Assembly: GCA_973895155.1 (NCBI GenBank)
Contig: OZ316892.1
Coordinates: forward strand, 23,755,971 to 23,819,970
Direction of reading: 5' to 3'
Source: Marsupella aquatica
Taxonomy: Eukaryota > Plantae > Marchantiophyta
Length of the DNA stretch: 64,000 nucleotides
Below, piece after piece: positions 55,256 through 64,000 of this stretch. Within the stretch, counting starts at the first letter, position 1, and each line of letters starts with the position of its first letter. The position numbers and the translations under genes are program-made. Below the pieces are notes generated by a model. The model did not search any database. It was not told the origin of the DNA and was given only the letters and a program-made list of their open reading frames with translations.

Positions 55256-56949
55256 TGTCAATTATCAAATCCATTTTTAAATCAATTTCTTCTTGGACGG
55301 CCTTATTAGGAATTACACAAATAATTCGCTAGCGATGTTAAATTTCCTTTCCAGAGCACCTATGACGTTACCGGCATTGATTTGTATATTTTTTAAGCCA
55401 AGTCTGAGCTGTATCGTATCTGACTACTACTATATTCCATTCATAGGGGCCCTGGAATTACGTCATTGATTGAAACCATGTTATCTTTTGTATGAATTAT
55501 ATATAACTACGATGTAAATCTTGTGATTGTGGCCCGGGTTGTGGCTTGGCAACCATTGACTGTGACACACCCTTAAAATCGTTCCAGGGAGAGGTTGCGG
55601 ACGATAACGTAGTAGATCCATTTTAGGCACAGGCATCACAATTGTCGATCTCAGTTTACTAAAGATCTTTGAAATATTTTCCTGCGATGACTGTGTGATA
55701 CTCAGCAAGTGAAGAGGAAAGTCGCAGGCCCTGTAAGGATCAAATGGAAAACCATTGCTCACGAAGTCACTAAGACAGGATTCAAATGTGGACATCCCTT
55801 CTCAGCAAATTGGTTCAACGAAACTATTATGATTAATGGATCCGAGCCTAACTGCAAAAATTGTGACCAAGGTACATACGTGTTCAAAGGCATGATCGTC
55901 CAATTCATCTCCCTCAAGATATGAGATCAAAAGTCTCCAATGGTTTCGGCGAAGAGCTGCTCAATTGCGGTGACAGGAACCATCTATACAAAATACCCAT
56001 CCAGCAAGCCATCCCTTTGTTACAAAGTTCATTTTAGATAAGCAGACTTCAACTGTAATGGCTTTCACAGAAGTCTGGGATTCGCTGATACTGATTCATA
56101 TTTTTCAACTCGGGAGAATAGGAGATTGAAATGATCTTGCATTGTGGGCTGAGGAGGTGCATATATGGCGACATTCCATTTTTGTAGAGTAAGGAGTTAA
56201 GGTACAATTGCTTCTGACAGTAGGCAACGCTTGACCTCCATTTTGAGCGAGATTACCAAACACAAACAAACTACTTTATGAAAAGAGGTGAAATTGCAAT
56301 GACAGTGAAGCGAGAAATTAAACACTTGGCATACCTCTTTCCCAAAATAGATTAAAAAGCTTTGGAATAATATATATTTCATCACGTCTGGCCTGGGTAC
56401 GTGGTGATAATATCGAGTGTGATCAGTGCATTTCTACAACTCCAGGTTCGAGTAAAGCAGGATTAAATTAAGCTAGTGAAATTAAGGAACATAGAAGAGC
56501 ACGGCTTGAAAGAATTCTCAGGTGGTTAAACGCTACATGAAGGTGATCATTATAGACTCACTTTTCCCATTCACTAAGTAACGAAGACATTGAGCCATCA
56601 TCGTTACTCACCCTCAGCTTCAATCCACTTTAATATGAGACAGAATATGTGAATGTGCGCGTTCATTTAAACTGCCAGATAGTCCATATGGAGAATTCTG
56701 ATGTCAATTATTGTTGCTATCTTCTTGATAGATAGCTAGGGCTAGAGTAAATGTACAACTGCACGATGGCTTCTTTAAAAATAATCTACTACTCGTAAAA
56801 TCACTTTACATTCAGTCGCATGCAAAGACCAAGAAAGATCCATTGGTGTGTGTATCACTTCTGCAGTCTCTTCTCGCCGTGTGACATTATAAAGGCGACA
56901 CGACCAACCTCTTTGCTCTTGCTACCAAAACCCATGTTTCAATTAAAGG

Positions 56950-57700
56950 AGGCACAATCCTAGGTACAATTGGGTTGTCTGTCCTCTGCCGAAGCACGTG
57001 CTACAATCTCATTGTTCACCAAAACCGATGCTATCAATCAAGGAGAAACCATCCTAGCTACAAGTCAGTTGTCTGTCCTCTGCCAAAGCACTAGACAGTG
57101 TTACAATCTCAATGTTAACCGGTACAATGAGATATGGTTTGCCCAGTATTCTTTTTCAGGGTCATAAACCTCAGTGCCATTCGAATTCATCAAACAGAAC
57201 TGTCCTTGCAATGCAAACACTATCTCCAAACGTCTGTCGACAGGACCGACCAGCTTTAGATGGTTCCACGACTCTCCGCTCACCCTTAAGTAGTGATCAT
57301 GATGAACCCGCCATACAGATTTAAAATCAGACCCCTATCCATCCAAATCTACCCTACACAAACAGTCCTTAACCAGCCCACTGATGCAACTCGATGAAAA
57401 TCTAGCTCATACCAGCTCCAGTATGGCCTGTATTGGGAACCATGCATTCAAACTTAGGGTCATAGACATCTGAACCAGTATTACAGCAGTCTTCAACAGT
57501 TGTAAATATTCCCCCCGATATTCCCATTCATCATGAATGTCACCACAACCACTGGACTGTTACTCTTGTTGCTGGTATGATCGGATGTTTGCACAGTGTC
57601 TGCGTCCACTTCCTAATCATGATTCCCCAATTAACCCGTGCCTGTTCCATGGCCTCTTTGCCCAAGTTTTCCCGAGCGCGCGAGTTACTATAGATGTGAG
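56950..57700 (-). pseudogene. Degraded kelch-repeat (F-box/kelch-like) gene fragment
   Basis: Kelch-like segments EVYDPEKEYW and, across a frameshift, DVYDP..LNAW, preceded by MNGNIGG and RKW..; interrupted by stops and frameshifts. Confidence 0.5.
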
Positions 57701-58502
57701 AGTGCAGGAAGTTAACAAAGATCTCAATTCAAGAAGAGAATTACTCCCATTCATGGAATGAGAGTCACTCCCACTCGACGATTCTCAGACAACCCCGATA
57801 ACTTTCAGAGTTTCCTGCTGACATCGAAGTTGATCCTATCATTGACGATGCACTTGACTAGCTTTGAATTGCTCGCCACCGGCGATACAAAAACCAACGC
57901 AAAGTAGTCAAATCAAAGGGAAAATAATGTAGCTTGAAAAAAGGTGATTCATTGATTGTATGGTTTCAACTGACTGTTAGTACTCATCGAAGTGATTGAT
58001 TGTCTTATCCAAGCATTTGTTATACCTCGGCTTGTTATCGCCGGTGATCGAGTTGGTTGTGCGTTGCACAGGAAGGACTGATGTGAGACACGGATTCCGA
58101 AATAATAGTCCCAAATTGATTGATTGATCGAGGGACAGGATTCGTAAACCCGAAGTCCCATATTCATCAACCAGAAAAAACTCACAGTCAGTGCTTCTGA
58201 GTCAATTCAAAAATGTCGTGCTGCTCGTGTAGCGCATCACGTGATTTTGGTTGATCAATCTTGCGTGTCGTTGGATTTGTCGCTCAAGTGGAGTGTCGAC
58301 ACATTTTGCTCAGTCAAATTGGAAGTTGTGTACTTTTTGACTCACGTGCACGAGTGATGTAGCTAGGTACTAATCAATTTTAATGCATCCCGAATCGGTT
58401 AACGTGGGGCCGATCACTGCTTGCCATGTGGCAGCCAGTCAGTCAGGTGTGACGTCAGGTTATCTGCAGAGGATAATTTAATCTATAAAATGAGACACCA
58501 TA

Positions 58503-59099
58503 GGACACATGTTTGATGGACCCTAAATTAAAATGTATTACTTAGACCCCTAAATTAGAATGTATTACTTAATAGACCCCATGTGACCACCTTAACTTTT
58601 GGGTACATTGATTTGAGATCTATCAAAGACTCTTGAGCATAGACGATATTCGTAACGGCAAGCCCATGAATTATCCAACGCACAATAGTCGACACAGAGA
58701 GATACGTGGTTCACCTCCACATGAGACTATGTTCAGGGGAACACACAAGCACTTTACTGCACTCTAGGCCGACCGGCCATACCAAGCATCCACGACACAA
58801 GCTCTCCCTATCTCTCAACTAGCTCCGTAACAATGAGCCTAAGTTCCACAGGGTCTGGCATCAGCCCTGGCTATATACACAACAGCACTATCGCTAACAA
58901 TAGCTAAGTCCTAACCCGAGTTAGCCTAACTGTAGTTAGCTCATGAATCACAAAACTAGAGCAATATCTAACAAAGACCATCAAAGATCACCTGAGCTTT
59001 TGGGTACATTGATTTGAGATCTATCAAAGGTGTGGATCACTCATGGGTATATGAAGATTGAAACACTTTATGTTTTAGGGGTTCATCAAGTAAATGTCT
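58503..59099. mobile_element. MITE-like element with imperfect terminal inverted repeats, hosting a solo LTR
   Basis: gacacatgtttgatggaccctaaa (58504-) is an imperfect inverted match to tttaggggttcatcaagtaaatgtc (-59098); weaker symmetry continues inward. Confidence 0.5.
58631..58973. mobile_element. Solo LTR (343 bp) with 5-bp target site duplication
   Basis: Flanked by AAGAC (58626-30 and 58974-78); termini TcTTGA...CTAACA (degenerate TGTT...AACA); related copy at about 25030-25316. Confidence 0.8.
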
Positions 59100-59284
59100 C
59101 AAGGCCACGCCAAGGTGACAATTAACCCACCACTAGCCCTGACAAAAGCATGGTTACACCATATATAAATTCAGGATAATGAGTCTCTTGATTTTCTGTA
59201 CTTGCTGCCTGCCAGATTCTGCCCAAAGTGTGAACGTCATTAACAGAGTAAAACCCAAGAAAGAGTCTCAGTGCTTTCATCCAG

Positions 59285-59400
59285 CAGGCTTTGGCCTGGT
59301 GGTAGACTACTCTGGTTGGGAGAAAGAGGTCACAAGTTTGAATCCTTGCAGGTGCCCTCCCTTTTACACAAACACCCCCCCCCCCCCCACAAAAAAAAAG
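59285..59400 (+). mobile_element. tRNA-derived SINE-like head (degenerate Pol III internal promoter)
   Basis: A-box-like TGGCCTGGTGG (59292-302), B-box-like AGTTTGAATCC (59335-45) in a caag/cttg stem, then C-run and A-run; no full cloverleaf or TSD found. Confidence 0.35.
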
Positions 59401-59513
59401 TGCGGTTCATACACAACTAGTTACACAAAGAAAAACATGGTAGTTTTCTGGATTTTCTGGGCAGCGGGCGGGCACAGAGTCCGGACGTCATTAATGACTA
59501 TCCAGGGACTTGT

Positions 59514-60215
59514 CTCCCTGAATATACATAGTGAATGAATTGTGGAGCAATATGGGGTGGGAGAGGAGAGTGAAAAAGTGCCTCCCTGAATATAAATAGT
59601 GAATGAATTGTGGAGCAATATGGAATGGGAGAGGAGAAAAATGAGAGGAAAGTGAAAAAATGAGAAATCTTGGACAGTCACTTCCTCTATTATATGGCTA
59701 GTGGCCGCAGTTTAAACTACAATAGCTTGCATGAGACTTGATCAGTTTGGGGAATAGTTTTGTAAAAGATGGTATTTACTCCACCACAATTGGTCCCAGT
59801 CACAGAGTGTGTAAAGTACCTGGAAAGTTCATGAATCCACTATCCTAGACTAGGACCATGTACCCTGTTTCCTAAAGCTTGCATGAGACCTGGTCAGTTT
59901 GGGGAATAGTTTTGTAAAAGACGGTATTTACTCCACCACAATTGGTCCCAGCCACAGAATGTGTAACTTACCTTGAAAGTCATGAATCCACTATCCTGGA
60001 CTAGGACCCTGTTTCCTAAGTTACTGACGTATTTTTTTAATCTTAATTTGTATTTCTTTATATGGTTAGTAGGCACTATTTACAGTGGGGTGAGCCATGG
60101 AACTCCTGTGCCAGCCTGGCCTCGGGATGCTAATGAGAATATACTTACTTAGGGGTGAGCCACTGAACTGTATGTGCCAGCCTGGCCCCGGGATGCTCAA
60201 ATTTGAATGAGAATA
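59514..60215. repeat. Cluster of three separate tandem duplications (about 68 bp, 152 bp and 65 bp units)
   Basis: ctccctgaatata.atagtgaatgaattgtggagcaatatgg x2; agcttgcatgagac...gactaggacc at 59724 and 59876; ggggtgagcca...tgtgccagcctggcc.cgggatgct x2. Confidence 0.9.
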
Positions 60216-60329
60216 TAGGTAAGGCACCTTGGCATTTTTGCAATGTAAAAGTGAGGTGAATGTCTCAAGGGGTCTTCAAATATTGATTTCTTTAGCCAGG
60301 GGCTTATGGTAGGTAACTCATCCCACTTT

Positions 60330-61000
60330 GGGATAATGTACGAAGGCGGTGATGGGTTACCCTACACAACATTGCCCTGCTCAACCCGTGGTCATCCTGT
60401 TGTTTTGTTTTCCATTGTAAGTTGATCTACCACTTGTTTCAATGATTCTTCTCTTCAGTTGCCTCAAATCACAGCTTTGATTTGGTAACTACTCTCCACT
60501 AGGCTCTCTATTTCCGTCATTCAATCATCCTGCATAAAAATTGGTTCATGACCTAACTTTAAATTCTACTCCATGCCTGGCATAAGAGAGTATTATTTGG
60601 TCAAATACATGCCAATAGATAAGGATTGTGACCTGTTGGGGTCTTGTACTCCATGCTGCATGTTGAGTTTGCTATCCCAATCAGTTTTGTGAGATGCAAC
60701 TGTTTTGGTGAATGTTTTTTTAATGGCTCCATTTGCTCCTTCGGTCAGTCCATTCAACTTTGCATCACACAGTGTTGTCTTCTAATGTCTTCATGTGTTT
60801 TAATTGATTGGTGAGTGCGTGACTGTACTGTTTCATCTAAAAAATGTAGTCCCTTCTCATCACTGTGCTCCAAACGTGGTAAGAAATTGCACATAGTTAC
60901 AAGAATTGTGCTCTGGTGTTTGCACCATTCGACCCAGGATTTAAATACTGTGGGCCTCAACCCACTTAGTAACATATTTTTGGCTGGGATGATGACCCAT
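60330..61000 (-). mobile_element. Degenerate Ty3/Gypsy integrase remnant
   Basis: Frameshifted segments ..SDEKGLHFLDETV.., NGLTEGANGAIKK, TKTVASHKTDWDSKL resemble the Gypsy rve core (SDxGxHF...NGxxERxN...DWDxKL). Confidence 0.7.
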
Positions 61001-61710
61001 TTGTCTTCAGGTTAGTTGCTCAAATATAGATTTTTATCTAATTTCACATGCATGGCCCTAGATTTGAGGATCACCTACTGTCAGATTCTGGGTAAGGGAG
61101 TCTGTAATCAGGTGGGAAATTGGTTGATGGAAGACAAAACATCTCCAAAGGAGTCTTTGAATAAACCCAGAGACTGCAGCATATATGGTAAAACATCCAC
61201 AAAGGAAAATATGCCAGTATTTGTGTTTATAATCTCACATCTTCTTAAATTTCAGGGTTAGTGTCACATTCTGGCTATTGGGGGCTGATTAGGTCTGAAA
61301 CTAGATAATGGAAGACTAAAAAAACTTAGGGAATGCTGGCAGATCAGAGAAGTGGAATCTAACAAATAGTCCTTACTAAAAAAATCTACAAGGGCCTGTC
61401 AATGCAGGGCCCTAAGTGAGGTACAGCCATGCCCCGGGGCCATGCCTGGGCATAATATTGTTTAATTTATGACCAGGACAAAATCATTCCCGGCTACAGT
61501 ACTTGTAGACATGCCTCCTAAAAATTAGACAATCATTCAAATTAACCACAGCCATAAGATCTTGATTATTGCTTTGCTTTGGCGCGCCCTACTCACCGGA
61601 GAAAACTTGTTCTACTCAACCAAAACCCTCCCCTACTAAACCTTTCCTCTTCATGGGCTGGCAAAAATCTTACAGGCAACCTATAAATATGCCTCATATA
61701 AATAGAACGT

Positions 61711-62380
61711 CCAAATTAGTCACAGTCATGAGATCCAAAATAATCCAAATCATAAGGCCTTGATTATGTCATACAGATCAGATGTCCAAATGAATCACAG
61801 TCATAAGATCAAAATTAATCAAAATCATAAAACCTTGATTATCTTATAAAGATCAGACATCCAAATTAGTCACAGTCATGAGATCCAAAATAATCCAAAT
61901 CATAAGGCCTTGATTATGTCATACAGATCAGATGTCCAAATGAATCACAGTCATAAGATCAAAATTAATCAAAATCATAAAACCTTGATTATCTTATAAA
62001 GATCAGACATCCAAATTAATCACAGTCACAACATCCAAATTAATCAAAACAGTAAGACCTTGTTGCATCCAAATTAATCAAAATCATAACACCTTCATTA
62101 TAGCTATTAACTAACTCTATAATTGGTACAACCAACTTGTTCCACTCCTCCAAACTTATTAAACCCACGATTGCTATACTTAGTGGACCTCCAAAGGCAA
62201 CAATTGGTGTGTCAAGTAAAAAAGTTGTTTTTGGGGGACCATTAAGCATATCTCTCCCTAAACCCTTCCTCTGCAATCCAAATTGATCAAAATCATAACA
62301 CCTTCATCATGGCGATACTTTAACTCGCCATAATTGGTAGAACGAACTTTGTTCCACTCCTCCAAACTTTATTAAACCCA
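61711..62380. repeat. Higher-order tandem repeat: two identical 150-bp units, each two diverged 75-bp monomers, then degenerate units and an about 100-bp duplication
   Basis: 61711-61860 equals 61861-62010; monomers start ccaaatt/ccaaatg; 62070-62168 resembles 62279-62381. Confidence 0.92.
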
Positions 62381-64000
62381 CCCCTCCTAAACCCTTCCTC
62401 CGCAGGGCAATTCTCCCTTCCTCGCCTCGCATCGCATCCGACTCGTCGGTGAGGGAGAATGGCCGACTGCCGACGATGCTGCTGTCTATGGTGATCTCTC
62501 AGCCGCCCGCCCATTCCCTCGCTCCCGCACTCAAGTACTCACTGTTGCCGTATTTCCATCGGCATTTAATAAGTTGGCGAGGAGGTCTGATCTCTCATCC
62601 CGGTGATTGCGATTCCTCATTCCTCATTCCTCCCAGCATCATCCACAATTCCACATTCCAAACCAAACAATAATTTCGGTGATTCAGTGACCGAGAATCG
62701 GTACATCGACGACCGACATCGCCCCCTTGACGTGCGTGCGACCTCGCAGCCCTCGATAGAACAGTCGTTTCGGCCCCTGTGGAGGAGGAGACGGAGTCGG
62801 GGCTCACTGTTGTTGACGATGAAGAAGAAGATGGTAGCGGATGACAATCGCCCCAGGATGCATGGATTTCGTCTCGATTCCAAGGGAAAAAGAAGACGGT
62901 CTTCGCCTGGTAGTAGGGCTTTCAGCAGCAGAGCAGAGCTAGCAGTCTTGTCGTGCTGCGTGTCGGCTCAGTCGTCGTATTTCCAGAAATCCCGCTCCAA
63001 TTCGGTCAAAGCTTGATTCCTTCTCGCTGCGCTGCTGTGTTGTTTTGAGTTGTTCAGCACGATGTTCAATTTGCGGCCGCCTCGCCTCCTCCTCCTCCTG
63101 GACTCCTCGAGGTCAGGGCGCAATTGTATTAAATCGGCAATGCACTTCTTCTTCTTCTTCTTCTTCGTGGACAACGACGACACTCACTTCATCAACCCGA
63201 GCTCAGTGAATGCCTAGTTTCCCTACAGCAAGACCCCTTGTTCGCGAATCTATATTAAATTCGGAGCAGCATCTCACCGTCAGTGTCTCATCGGGCGGCG
63301 TTGAGAAGATATTCTAGAAGCGGATGCCGATAGAAAATATTTGTTCGCATGTGGGCTCGCGGAGATGAGGAGAATCGTGAGTGAGTAGGACCTGGTGCCC
63401 TCCTACAATAATTATAGGGGAGAGGAAGAAGGGAGGGAAGGCGGGAAAGGACGGCAACGACGACAATTCGCAGGAAAGAACGACGACACTTCGTGTGGGG
63501 AACACACCCTCGTCGTGATCAGAAAGGCTCTGTTCGCCTTTACCTTTATCGGTGGGTGCGTCTTTGCTGTCCCGGAAGAGAGCTCTGTTTGGCGAGACGT
63601 GGGTGGATGATTGGAGAGACTTCACTACTGTGCCATCCGCTTAGCATTCGTGGGGGAGGGAGGGACGGGCCCGTTGCAGAGCAGAGCTCTACAACAACGT
63701 AGGGGAGGAGGAGAGGAGATTGCTGACTCCCAATTCCCGTCTGGAGTTGATATGAGTTGTGCTCTAATTGATAGCCAAAGAGGAGCACAAATTGCCAGAG
63801 AAGGGTGTGACTGCCGTTGTCCAGTGGGGACGCAAGTATCGTAGTGCTGGCAAAGCGAGGACAGATGGGGAGCGGTGAGCATGAGCTGGAGATGACGAAT
63901 CTAGTGGAAGATTAAGGTACTCGATGGCGTGTGTTGAGAGCGAAACAGCAGAGTTCTAGGAGGACCTACTGTAGAAAGGTTTGCATCAGAGCGGCAGGGC

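Noticed and set aside
58597-59028. 32-bp direct repeat as a giant TSD
   Set aside because: Better explained as a tandem duplication; the LTR's true TSD is AAGAC.
62400-64000. Protein-coding gene in the GC-rich terminal region
   Set aside because: Overlapping short low-complexity ORFs on both strands with no motif or coherent exon chain; probably UTR or TE sequence continuing past the window.

Overview
Eukaryotic land-plant nuclear DNA (spliceosomal GT-AG introns, TTTAGGG telo-boxes; gene density and style suggest a bryophyte, possibly a liverwort, but this is inference). I assembled seven intron-containing protein genes by hand: the 3' end of an actin, thiamine pyrophosphokinase, an RluA-family RNA pseudouridine synthase, a plastid phytyl ester synthase-like esterase/acyltransferase, a lipid phosphate phosphatase, the spindle checkpoint gene MAD1, and an unrecognised gene. 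Intergenic DNA holds a kelch-repeat pseudogene, a solo LTR nested in a MITE-like element, Gypsy integrase debris, a dispersed repeat family and many tandem duplications. The most notable observations are (i) a probable non-coding snoRNA host gene at about 13.6-14.9 kb carrying a textbook C/D box snoRNA whose target I could not assign, (ii) a Ser-to-Asn change at the hydrolase nucleophile of the PES-like gene plus an apparent relic duplicate exon pair, and (iii) a candidate U12-type intron. I see no convincing evidence of a wholly new biological system; the findings are leads. All exon boundaries were read by eye.
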